NCBI GenBank assembly: GCA_950097015.1
Contig: CATNEN010000039.1
Span: forward strand, 18,352,001 to 18,416,000
Reading direction: 5' to 3'
DNA length: 64,000 nt
Source of the DNA: Macrostomum hystrix
Lineage: Eukaryota > Animalia > Platyhelminthes
Shown: positions 36,390 through 48,800 of the stretch, in pieces
How the letters are laid out: each line of letters starts with the position of its first letter
How positions within the stretch are numbered: the stretch's first letter is position 1
Made by a program: the position numbers and the translations under genes
Notes under the pieces: model-generated
What the model was told of the DNA's origin: nothing
Database searches by the model: none
Seen by the model: the letters and a program-made list of their open reading frames with translations, nothing else

Positions 36390-38137
36390 TTAATCGGCCT
36401 TGCGCATCTCGAACTCGATTTCGAAGCAGCTCATCAGCGCCTTGGAGTCGTGGTTGGTGAGCTCGGCGCGGACACGGTACTTGCCCTGGCAATGCGTTAC
36501 ATACCACACCATTTAGTACATGTGTGCCAATTGCCATGTATAATAAAATAGTAATTTGAACTCAAGCCAGGCTTCTGAACAAGCTCACGGAGGCAATGGT
36601 GGCCAGCAGTGGGGGCAGGCGCGGCAGGTCGATTGGCCGGTTGCTGACGGACACCTCGCTAGGTGTGAATGGGCAAAGCTTGTCGCCGGCGCCTTCAACG
36701 CTGTCGATGAGTTTGCGGATGTCCCTGGCCAGCTGGGTGCCGACTCCGGCCCAGTTCTCCTTCTCCATGCGATCCAGCACGGTGCACATCTTCTGGTAGG
36801 TGCTGCGGATGGTGGCGTCGCAATTCAAGGGCAGGAAATCCAAGCTAAATTTTCAATGTCCTTGACCTCGACTCCGCAGGCGAGGCCACGTTCATTAGGA
36901 AGGCAGCTATATTTTCCCATGAGGGCCAAGCCTCAAGGCAATGGTTGCCTTATGACTGTGGGTCGACCGTCACAATAAAATCATTATCTCTCAATTGGAT
37001 TTTTACCAGCTTCTGCGAGTCAAAAACCCCATTCATTGCAACCTCCTACTATTCAATCATATGATAAAACTCGAAATGTGTGCTCGTAGCGATGATTGAC
37101 AAAGCGCCTAACCCAAGACTAAGTTTAGCCAACAGTAACTTGTTAAAACTACCTAAGGTAAGGTATATTAGAAGAGTTATAACAATAGTCTTTACCAAGA
37201 TCCAAAGTTGAACAGGCAGGGAATCTTGACCTCGCCAATAGAAGCCTTGAGGAAGACCTCCAGCTTCAGGTCCATGTCGTTAAAGCCGCGGGTGACGCGA
37301 CCGGCGAAGCTGATGCTGGAGCGGCCGGGCAAAGTGATGACGCTCGGCACCACATTGGCGCTGATCACGTTCAGGTCATTGTTGCCGCCTGTTCATTAAG
37401 GCGGAGTTGATTGACATCGAGAAAATGTGGAAGCTTTTTGTTTAGCCTAATCATGTTGGCGTTCTTGGTTGGGAATTGAAATGGGGCATCTTGCTAGTCT
37501 ACTATACTAATTTATGACAAGATAATTATGGCAGGGCATGCGGACATGCTGTGCGCAGCGTTCGAGTTGCTCAGCGGCGCAGTCAGCGAGACCAATGCCG
37601 AGCTCTACGCAAGGGCGCGCCTGACGCGGCCTTATGAGACCTGCTGCGTGGGCGGCTACTTCGACCATGGCTGGTTACGTCATCCTGTCTGAGGCCCACT
37701 GCCCTGAGCCTCTACACGACGTGCTGCTGCTCAAGCTGCTGGGACCGTGCAGGCGAGGCTAAGGGCGAACAGCGAGATTTCCTGACCTGCGATTTTCAGA
37801 CCAACCACTGGCGCTGGCGCATTTTGAGGTGAATCAGAGACGCACTCCATGACTCCTCCCCACTTTCAGGTCAGCAGCCCTTTGTTATTGCTCTTTTTGT
37901 TGATAATAAAAGTAAATTAAAAAGTATATATTTAAACAATTAGATAAAAATAATTCTTTCTTTCTTTGTTTTCTAGTCATTGCAATTTAACTTTGTTGCA
38001 GGGTCTAACTTATTAATTAATTATAAACCGCGAGCGATTTTGTGCTCAAATGCGAAAACCAACTCACCGCACCGGCGGAAGACAAAAGCGCTGCTGCCAG
38101 CGACACAGACGGCCAGAATCACTCCTAGAAGCTTCAT
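36390..38137 (-). CDS. GM2-activator/ML-domain protein, copy B; exons 38137-38068, 37388-37196, 36802-36589, 36485-36390
   Basis: Same exon sizes (70/193/214/96 nt) and motifs as copy A; intact frame. Confidence 0.88.
37525..37910 (+). mobile_element. 5'-truncated degenerate RTE-type LINE 3' end in intron 1 of copy B
   Basis: Translates (with disruptions) as GHADMLCAAF..VSETNAELYARARLTRP..AGYVILSEAHCPEPLHDVLLLKL.GPCRRG*GRT, followed by a simple-repeat tail. Absent from the equivalent intron of copy A. Confidence 0.65.
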
Positions 38138-38918
38138 CTCGACGATACTAATACAATAGTTTGTTATAGTTTATAATACAATACTTCAGAACGCACTAGT
38201 TTGGGATTTAAGCTCTAAGTGTTAAACCAGCCTGAATTTAAGGATTTATAGGATTTATGTCCTCAGAAATTCAGATGAGATAAGCAGAAAAACTCAGACC
38301 AGTACCGGTTTACTTTACAAAAGTTCACTCAAATATTTATTAGTAGTGTATACGGCCGGCACAATGGCACGACTCATTCTCCTGAATATTTCGCCAATCG
38401 AAACACGAAGAATGCCATGCTGAAGATTCCAGAGAGAAGGCGCGTGTCATTTTACGAGAAAAGCTCTTGTTCCGAACATGTTTCGAACTGCCTGTTTCGA
38501 GGCGTGTGGGAAAGCTGCATCAGCTGTGCCCGCTGTCTCTCGTTAATCAGAGAAACAGTCTACAGGTTCGATTGCTTAGAAACGTGACAATGTTTTTCGT
38601 TGGCCCTTATTGTATTTCTATGTAGTTCATTGTTTTTATTGTATTTCACAAAATGCCAACTATTTTAACAAGTCTCTTTTTTGTGGTCTGCCAGTTGCTT
38701 TCAGATTCATTATGCTAATCTGAATTGTACTGAAGTTTTGGATGAAAAAAATTAAAAACAGCGAACTAAAGACTCATGGTAGTTATTGGTAGCTTTTAGC
38801 TTGTCATTTATTTGTAAATTAAGTTTTCTAATTGATAGCAAGTGATATTCTTTGATGCTTTGTTATTCTGCAGTTATCATTTCCCAGCTCAGCTACTTTG
38901 CGCACAGATTGCTCAAGT

Positions 38919-40411
38919 CTAGTCGGCCTTGCGCATCTCGAACTCGATCTCGAAGCAGCTCATCAGAGCCCTGGAGTCACGGTTAGTCAGCTCGGCGCGG
39001 ACGCGGTACTTTCCCTAACATGGAAAAATTTAAATTTAATACTCTGCTTATACTACTGCAGGTAAAAATGCGAGCATTTATGTTTACTTTTTAAGTAGAA
39101 ATTCCAAACAATTAGTTAATTTTCAACTGGCCTAGCAGTGTACTTTCCAGGTGTGCAAACCAGTGTGTATACTCAGCATATGCTACCAATTGAAGGTCAA
39201 GATTCTCAAGAAACTCTGTCTTGGTGAAGTTTTAGCTGGATTTTCATGGCTACGGGTTGAATAATTTGCGAGATACACAAACGAAGAAAATGTGCGTACG
39301 GGCGATTTGAACTAGCCCCACATGATCTTTCTTCTATTAAGTCAGACAGTGTTAACTATGTTAACTATTCCAGGTAAAATTATATCGGAAAGCTAAACTC
39401 ACGGAGGCAATGGTGGCCAGCAGTGGGGGCAGGCGCGGCAGGTCGATGGGCCGGTTGCTGACGGACACCTCGGCGGGGATGAAGGGGCAGATCCGGTTGC
39501 CGGCGCCATCAACGCTGTCGATGAGCTTGCGAATGTCCTTAGCCAGCTGGGTCCCGACTCCAGCCCAGTTCTCCTTCGACATGCGGTCCAGCACGGTGCA
39601 CATGCGGTCGTAGGTGCTGCGCGATTTTAAGATTGTGTAAAGTACTTATACAGTACTTAGAACTTATACTTATACATTTGGAAGCGCCGAGCAAAAGCTG
39701 CGGTTGTGCCACTGGCTGTACATCTGACCCAATTTGTGGTACTTAAACTTCTTTGCCCATGCATCATTGTTCGTTTATCCTCACCAGGATCCGAAGTTGA
39801 ACAGGCAGGGAATCTTAACATCGCCGACGGCAGACCTCAGGAAGACCTCCAGCTTCAGGTCGAGATCGCTGAAGCCGCGGGTGACGCGACCGGAAAAGCT
39901 GACGCTGGAGCGGCCAGGCAGGCTGATGATGCTGGGCACGACGTTGGCGCTGATCACGTTGAGGTCATTGTTACCACCTGTGGAATTTTCATCAAATTCT
40001 TACAAATCGAAGACTTGCATGTGTAAAATAGGCATCGTTACTTTTTTCTTCCGATCGTTAAAGGACTATCATTAATTCGAAAGTAAATTTGCATAACTAT
40101 CTAAGCAGAGTTATTTTTCGATTAAAAATGGAAATGGCGATTCTTGATTAGACATTTTACATATTCTTGATCAATAGCAAGTTTGTTTTTTGCGCCTTTC
40201 ACATTATCATTAGTGTAACTAAAGAGCTTCTACGAGTGACTTATGTTAAGGGGTCTGAGTTTCTAGTCTAATATACTAATTTGTGTAGCCATAAAAACAA
40301 GCGCTATTGACGATCGTATTAAGTCTAAAAGCACTCACCGCAACGACGAAAGACAAAAGCGCTGCTACCGGCAATGCAGATGGCCAGAATCGTTGCTGCC
40401 AAGAACTTCAT
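38919..40411 (-). CDS. GM2-activator/ML-domain protein, copy C; exons 40411-40339, 39977-39785, 39616-39403, 39014-38919
   Basis: MKFLAATILAICIAGSSAFVFRRC; same intron positions and phases as A and B; more diverged introns. Confidence 0.88.
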
Positions 40412-41029
40412 CTTCTACTTTGAGTAGTCTGTGCTTTAGTTTATTTTCTATACTCTGCTTGCTTGTTGACTGAATGACTGGCTGGCATATTCTACTGCCC
40501 AGTATTTATAAGCCTTAGACGGAGAGTGCGGCTGAGATAAGAGCAGAAATCCCTAGGAGTTGAGTGAAGAAAAATATCGCACCACTTTAATCGAAAGGTT
40601 AACAAAGAAGGCGTGATTTAATATCACCTTACACCCACAACTGTTTATGTTTGTTCTAGGTTGCATGCATTGTGCAGAAAGCCCGTATTGGAAATGCACA
40701 GTTGTTGTTTAATATTCTAAGCACGCTTCGATGGTGTGAAAAGTATTTTTGTTATAATGCAAGCACTTGCCAGGGTTCAATATTCAATTGGGCAAAATGT
40801 TTGAGTGGTCTGATTTTTAGGGTCGGATTTGGCAAGTCTGCTATGATTTCCCATGATACCACAGGCGTTGCTTTTTAGTTCTATTCGTTTCTTTTTTCGT
40901 ACTTTTTCTCATGCCATTGTATTTTTTGTCAACTTATGAAAGTTCTGAACAAACTTATGATATGTGTAATCATTCTTTGTCTAAACGAAAAAACATGGCT
41001 GATGACTGACGACGTCAACTTGAGAAGCG

Positions 41030-41290
41030 GGCTTAGCGTTCTTGGCCAAGCCGGCGACTTTACCATGCTGTCCTCGACCACCACCACCACAACGCCGCAT
41101 TCTGTTGTTATCGCGCTGTCAGCAGTTTGCCCTTCTGCTGTCCTGCAGTGCAAGAATCGACCTTCATGGCGGCGCTGTTCCAGTTGGTGGTCTAGACCGT
41201 CCTGCTCTACAGCGCTGAGACCTGGAAGCTGACAGAGGCACTGGAGCTCAACGCAACCAACGCGGCAGTCTATCGTTGCTGATTCGACGA
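41030..41290 (+). mobile_element. RTE-type LINE reverse-transcriptase C-terminal fragment
   Basis: AALFQLVV*TVLLYSAETWKLTEALE matches the VLLYGAETWxLT motif, with an in-frame stop. Confidence 0.7.
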
Positions 41291-41314
41291 CTTCTGCTCC
41301 AGGACATTGGCATA

Positions 41315-41677
41315 AATATGATAATAATTTCAGAAGGCTGTGGGCAATGGCGCATCCCTTGTGACACTGGACCTGCAGCCAGCGAGGAGGCAATTCTGCC
41401 CATTTCGCTGACTCATAAACACTCATACTCACAGATACTGTCCGCAGAGATACGCTCACACAGGTGTGTAGATCTGCCCTGACTTTCTCATCGTCAGGCA
41501 CTGTACACTCTCATTGTGCCTTGGAGGTTGGCCCTCAAGGGCGTATATTGCACGACAAGCCCCCAAGCCTTCTCTCCGCGGCTGCGCCCCAAACGAATGT
41601 GGTCTCGCAGTGGAATCGAGCTCAGGGACCTGGGTGCAAGAAGTAAAAGCGTTAGACGGCTCTGCCACTCACCCCTA
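41315..41677 (-). mobile_element. tRNA-derived SINE (family 1)
   Basis: A-box TGGCAGAGCCGTCTAA and B-box-like GCTCGATTCC; inverted homologue at 47021-47395; (ATT)n-like tail. Confidence 0.7.
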
Positions 41678-42817
41678 GGACATTGACACATTGTATATTT
41701 TTGTTACTATAGAAATTTAGTTGGGCACAGAAATAATTAGTCGATAAATTTTAAAATTTTTAGTTTGTTTAGAATTCATTTTAAATGCCAAACATATCAA
41801 TGAAAACTGATACGTTTGATTTAGACTAGCCTTTCCAGTCCATGGACTGAACAGCTGTACACCGCTGTGCATATGGCCTATGTGGGCAAGGCATTCATTT
41901 CTGACTACATACATGTAAGATTCCGTTAGAAATTTCCAGAGCAGATAGGCAACTCGGTTTCACGTCACTCTAAAAAATCACTCAAAATAGGAATGATTTG
42001 ATAGGAGAAAATATCCAAACGCAGTTTATGACCCTCATGGGTATGAATATGACCCTGGGCTATCTTTTTATGATTTCAAAACTATGATATAAACTTGCAA
42101 CAGCTCGCGGCCCCCTAAAAAACAGCCAGCCTCGTCCTGAAAGGAAGAATTCGTACTGCAGACTAGACACGGGCGGACTGGCCTACACCTAGACTAGCCT
42201 CTGGCCCTCATCACATCTAGCAGGACTTAAGGAATTAGTTCTTAATATGACCGAAGTTCCCTGCATCAGCCAGCCCTGCAGCCTTATCAAAGTAGAGGAA
42301 TCGGTAATTAACAGCCAACAGAATTCCGCAGATTCAACATGGTCCGGAAAAGTACATCTCAATTACAACGCAAACCCTAAAACTGTGCAACAAGAATTTT
42401 TTAGCATTGGAATCGTCGGCCAAGCTGTTGGATTCTGACCCAAGTCCTGCTTGCTAGGATTGTGATCCTAGTATAGTATTAGAACATAGAACTACATGAA
42501 TACACTGCGGGGCAATGTACGTACCCGTACGTACATTGTAGGATGCTCCCACTCGCGCAGCAAACGAGCATGCAGGCCTGCCTAGAAGGGGAAGACTAGA
42601 AGAACAAGTCGAAAAAGAATGGCAGATCTGCAGACTACATGTATATAGACGGTCGCATTGGCTGTCCCGATCCACATCCAATGGGAGGCTGTGAATGGTG
42701 CAGTCAGTTACTAAGCCACACAGAAGCAATCACTGAATTGATGACTGTAAAAGGCACAGCCTATTGGCCCATCGAACTTTCTCTGCCCCCAGCAACGCAC
42801 TTGAACTGACTGACAGC

Positions 42818-45800
42818 ATGTGGTCCCTACCATCAGATAGTCGCTGCGAACAAGACAGCGTCGGTGACATGCCCGACTATTACGCCGGCTATCAGAGCGC
42901 CCAGGCCTCTCAAACCGTGGAACGACCGCACCGCTTGATGCAGGCCCCGCCGGGACATTGGTCGGCCTCCGCCTCCAAGACGGATCAGCTTCTGCTGCTC
43001 AGGCAGCAACGAGCCGCTGCGGCAGCTACAGCCGCGTCAGCTGCCGCCACCTCGTCGGCCGCTGCACAGACAAGCGTCAAGGTCACCGGCGGCGTCACGC
43101 CGCGCGGGCTTCGCTGCCTGTGGGCCGGCTGGGTGCTGATGTGCTGGCTCAGCGGAATGTGCACCGCAGCCGGCTTCTTGTTGCCCTACTGGCTCAAGGG
43201 CAGCCGCTCAGGTAGCGGACAGGTGAGACGGCTTTCGTAACTGATTGTGTCTTTCATCCCTCAATGTCACTCCAAATCCATCCGTGTCACTCCAAATCCA
43301 TCCGTGTCACTCCAAATCCATCCGTGTCACTCCAAATCCATCCGTGTCACTCCAAATCCATCCGTGTCACTCCAAATCCATCCGTGTCACTCCAAATCCA
43401 TCCGTGTCACTCCAAATCCATCCGTGTCACTCCAAATCCATCCGTGTCACTCCAAATCCATCCGTGTCACTCCAAATCCATCCGTGTCACTCCAAATCCA
43501 TCCCTGTCACTCCAAATCCATCCCTGTCACTCCAAATCCATCCCTGTCACTCCAAATCCATTCCTGTCACTCCAAATCCATCCCTGTCACTCCAAATCCA
43601 TCCCTGTCACTACAAATCCATCCCTGTCACTACAAATCCATCCCTGTCACTCCAAATCCATCCCTGTCACTCCAAATCTATCCCTGTCACTCCAAATCCA
43701 CCCCTGTCACTCCAAATCTATCCCTGTCACTCCAAATCCATATCTGTCACTCCAAATCCATCCCTGTCACTCTGAATTCATTCTTGTCACTCCAAATCTA
43801 TCCCTGTCACTCCAAATCCATGCAGTGCTAACTTGTGTATAGAGGGGTGTATGAAATACAGTAGCACTAATGGGAAAAATCCGACCTTCGGCCAGAACCG
43901 TTGAAAATCTCGATGGTCTGAAGGACTGGCAACTTGATTATTGTTTCAGAAGATGTGCAACAAAAAGTTGGCCCATTTTCTTGAGTTTCATGTGCTCATA
44001 TGTAATCACATGGTCACTCAGGTGAATGATCATAAATGAATGTCCTATTTAAGTACATCAGATTCGGTAAGACCTCTCGAATATTTGACCGAACCCAGAA
44101 AACCCACTGAGCACTCTCGACTCTAGAAATAGTCAGTCGACTACTGGCTAGGGCAGCTGTACCGCAGATGCAAAGAAACAAACTGCTTCTGCACAGCAGC
44201 GTTACGATCACATTTTATTCAAATCTCGCTGCAGTTTGATAAGCCCAAGTCACTTCCCTCCTCGTTTAGCCGCGTCCCAATCGTCCATCTAGGCCATGCA
44301 GCTATTAAAGATTTACGATTCCAATAGCGAGGACTTTAGCCAGCTAAGAATAAAGAATGCATTCACTCTGTGCCTGAGAGCCAATAATTTATAGAGCCTT
44401 ATTCCGCATAGTTACCAGGGAGGGGTGGCTGCGAATCCTGTTTTGATTCCTAGAAGTTCTATATTTTCCTCAAACCGAACTGTCCTGGGAGATTTGATAG
44501 ATATTATCAACCCTCCCTTCATGGCGCAGCGTGTGGCACTGTTTAGTTTTGCCACGCCATACAAGTAGGGCGCTGCTCAGCCTCTCTTTTGAGTCGAGTT
44601 CCCCAATAGGACCTAGAATAGGATTTCTCTTATCTCTTATCTACAAGCGACCGGAGTTTGCGTGAGACAGATTTGCGGACTGCCACAGGCAGTGCTGGCC
44701 AATGTCCCATGCCATGAAAATTTAATCTTTCAAATCCATCCCCGTCACTCCAAATCCACCCCTGTCACTCCAAATACATCCGTGTCACTCCAAATCCATC
44801 CCCGTCACTCCAAATCCACCCCTGTCACTCCAAATCTATCCCCGTCACTCCAAATACACCCCTGTCACTCCAAATTCATCCCTGTCACTCCAAATCCACC
44901 CCTGGCACTCCAAATCCACCCCTGGCACTCTAAATCCATCCCTGTCACTCCAAATCCATCTCCGTCACTCCCAATCCATCCTTGTCACTCCAAATTCATC
45001 CCTGTCACTCCAAATCCACCCCTGGCACTCCAAATCCATCCCCTGTCACTCCAAATACATCCCTGTCACTCCAAATCCATCCCTATCACTCTAAATCCAT
45101 CCCTGTCACTCCAAATCCACCCTGTCACTCCAAATCCACCCCTGTCACTCCAAATCCATCACTGTCACTCCAAATCCACCCCTGGCACTCTAAATCCACC
45201 CTGTCACTCCAAATCCATCTCCGTCACTCCAAATACATCCCTGTCACTCCAAATCCACCCCTGTCGCTCCAAATACATCCCTGTCACTCCAAATCCATCC
45301 CTGTCACTCCAAATCCATCCCCGTCACTCCAAATACATCCCTGTCACTCCAAATCCATCTCTGTCACTCCAAATCCATTCCTGTCACTTCAAATTCATTC
45401 CTGTCACTTCAAATTCATTCTTGTCACTCCAAATCCATCCCTGTCACTCTAAATCCACCCTGTCACTCCAAATCCATCTCCGTCACTCCAAATTCATTCT
45501 TGTCACTTCAAATCCATTATCGTTACTCCAATTCTATATCTGTCACTCAGATTTTATCCCTGTCATAGCAAACAATGCCTGTCACACCAAATCCATTATC
45601 GTTACTCAAAATTCATTATCGTCTCTCCAAATCTATTATCTTAACTCCAAATCCATTATCTTCACTCCAAATCCATTATCTTCACTCCAAATCCATTATC
45701 TTCACTCCAAATCCATTATCGTCACCCCAAATCCATTATCTTCACTCCAAATCCATTATCGTTACTCAAAATCCATTATAGTTACTCAAAATCCATTATC

Positions 45801-48800
45801 GTTACTCAAAAATCATTATCGTTACTCAAAATCCATTATCGTTAGTCAAAATCCATTATCGTTACTCAAAATCCATTATCGTTACTCAAAAATCATTATC
45901 GTTACTCAAAATCCATTATCGTTACTCAAAATCCATTATCGTTACTCAAAATCCATTATCGTTACTCAAAAACCATTATCGTTACTCAAAATCCATTATC
46001 GTTACTCAAAATCCATTATCGTTACTCAATAATCATTATCGTTACTCAAAATCCATTATCGTTACTCAAAATCCATTATAGTTACTCAAAATCCATTATC
46101 GTTACTCAAAAATCATTATCTTTACTCCAAATCCATTATCGTTACTCAAAATACATTATCGTTACTCAAAATCCATTATCGTTACTCAAAATCCATTATA
46201 GTTACTCAAAATCCATTATCGTTACTCAATAATCATTATCGTTACTCAAAATCCATTATCGTTACTCAAAATCCATTATAGTTACTCAAAATCCATTATC
46301 GTTACTCAAAAATCATTATCTTTACTCCAAATCCATTATCGTTACTCAAAATACATTATCGTTACTCAAAATCCATTATCGTTAATCAAAATCCATAATC
46401 GTTAATCAAAATCCATTATCGTTAATCAAAATCCATTATCGTTACTCCCAATCCATTATCGCCACTCCAGTTATATCCCTGTCATAGCATAATTATATTT
46501 TTTCTCTAAATTTATTGTTTAATAGAGTCCTATGGAGTCTTATTCGTAATGAATCCCGTCCTAAGGCCACCCCTATATCTCCTCACTCCCACCGCAGACA
46601 AGTGATCTCGGTCTGTTCCGCCTGTGCGTGTACCCGGCCCAAGGTCCGGACGGCACCATTGAGCTGGCGCTCGACTGCAGCCACTATCAGCACTTCATGA
46701 ACATCCCGAGCCCCTGCTGGCGAGCGGCCTTCGTGTTGATGTCCACCGCCTGCTGCCTGCTGCTGCTGCTAACCTTCTTCTTGGCATTCAGCGGCTTCCG
46801 GCTGGCTGTGCTTCGCATCCGACAGGTGGTTGGGGTGTGCGCCGCAGCCCAGGGTCTCAGCGGTGAGATTGCGGGACGCTCTGGCTGCTCAATCTGTGAA
46901 AAAATGTAGCAATGCCCATGTACAGCTGTTCAGTCCATGGACTGGAGTCCAGTGCATTCAAACTTCTAGCCCTGCTGATGCTGGTACCTATTTTACATTT
47001 GGGTGAGCTAAAGCTCTATGAGGGGTGAGTGCATGGTAGAGCGGTCTAACGACTTTGCTTCTCGCACCAATGTCCCTAAGCTCGATTCCGCCGAGGCGAG
47101 GCCACATTTATTTGGGGCGCAGCCGCGGAGAGAAGGCTTGGGGGCTTGTCGCGCAATTTACACCCTTGAGGGCCAACCCCTAAGGCAGAGTAAAAGGTAC
47201 ACTGCCTCACGATTAGATCATCAGGGCAGATGTACACACTTGTGTGAGTAATTGCCAGCGTACAGTTTCTGTGTGCGTGTGTGCGAGTCAGCGAAATCGG
47301 CTGAACTGCCTCCTTACAGGCTGCGGGTCCAGTGTCACCAAATGATGTGCCATTGCCCGCAGCCCTCCAGCAAATTTTATTATTGTTGTTATTAAGCTCT
47401 ATGGAATTGAGTGTCCACCTGAAGAGCACAGAGTATTTTCCTTTGGCTGGGAATCGAACTCCCGACCTCTCGGTGAGAAGTCAAAAGCTCCAACCATTGA
47501 GCAGCAAGTTCAAGCTATTTTATATTTTTTAAGGCCAAAATACAAAATGGATCAGAAATGAAAGTTAAACAGGTGCGATAAAATCAGATAATTAAATATT
47601 TTAGCGCGGAAGGTAGATAGAAGAGAGATAACGATTATAAAGGCGTGAAAGGTGTGAAAGGTTTGGGACGAGATCAGGTAATTAACTAATATTTAATACA
47701 AATGCAGAAACTGATAACACGAAGATTATCAAGGTAGCGAGATCATGCAGGTAACAAAATAATGGTGAAAGCCGAACAAGATAAGACTCACACAAAGGTG
47801 GTCTAATTAGGACAGCATAATTTTAAAAAAATCTGTACTAAAAGATTTAAACTGAATTTACAAGCCGTATTTAACTTTTCATTACTAATTTTCTGCTGAC
47901 TTAAAATTCCAATTATAATTATGATAGTAAAGAAGCAATCTCTCCTACGGATTATAAAACGAAAAGTGAAAATTCAATTTTTTCTTCAGTTTAAAATTTA
48001 GGGAATCTACATTTTTCCCATTCGTTCAAAATCCTAAGGGAAGGGTGAAGAGAGACAGGATTTTTACATTCTGTCTGATTTCAAAGGGCCTGCCTGGTTT
48101 TTAACCCAGAATTCTGCCACAACAGCACGAACATGCCTAGATCATATATCAATATAAAGAATTTTCTGTCTTAAACCACGAGTTTAAAACTTGCCTCCCC
48201 TTGGAGGTATACATTGCGAGGGGGCGAGGGGGGTCAGCGGCTAACGTCGCTGCCTCGCACTCCAAAGGACGCTAGTTCGATTCACCCTTCAGGTCACGAT
48301 TAATTTCGGTACTTGTTGGGGGGTTTGGACAGTAGCGACCGGCGGAGGTGCACCATATTTCGTGCAATCAAAGCTTGAAAAATAGCTTCGCTCCTACCTT
48401 TCTGTGTGCCTGTTCTGCGTTGTATGAGTTATGTGCGTTGGCGCTGGGGCGTTAGACCTTGCGGGGGTGGCTGGGGGGCGGGTGTACACCGCCGCGCGCT
48501 CATCTGGATTTCCGTCAGCGCGATTGGATAAAGTGTACACTCGTCACCCGCCCCCCCCTGAGGACTGATTTCTTATCAGCCTTCCGCCCCGGCTTGGTCT
48601 GCTCTGTGCGTGTGCGGGCCTGGGGTGAGAGGCACTCCGGCTGCCGCCCCCTTCCCCGCTTGGCTTGCTGCTGTGTGTGTGAGGTGCCTGCTCAGGGGAG
48701 GCGGCGCGATGGGCGGCTCTCGCCTAGTTCGCCGGCCTGGGGGCATGCCGTTCCTGTGTTTGTGCGTCAAGTGCCCCAGGCCCCCCTGCAAAGTAAGTAA

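Larger units (their letters stand above)
32921..36995. repeat. Recent tandem segmental duplication: ~32921-34046 is near-identical to ~35848-36995
   Basis: Shared run from GGCCACTGGAAGCCCAAGATAATG to AAATCATTATCTCTCAAT, offset ~2.93-2.95 kb. Confidence 0.9.

Noticed and set aside
43245-46032. Long SLQIHPCHSKSIPVTPNP ORFs
   Set aside because: Open in all three frames because the 20-bp unit lacks stops; lies inside LHFPL intron 1.
47440-47505. Functional tRNA-Arg gene
   Set aside because: Anticodon and acceptor stems pair poorly and it sits among SINEs; treated as a SINE head.
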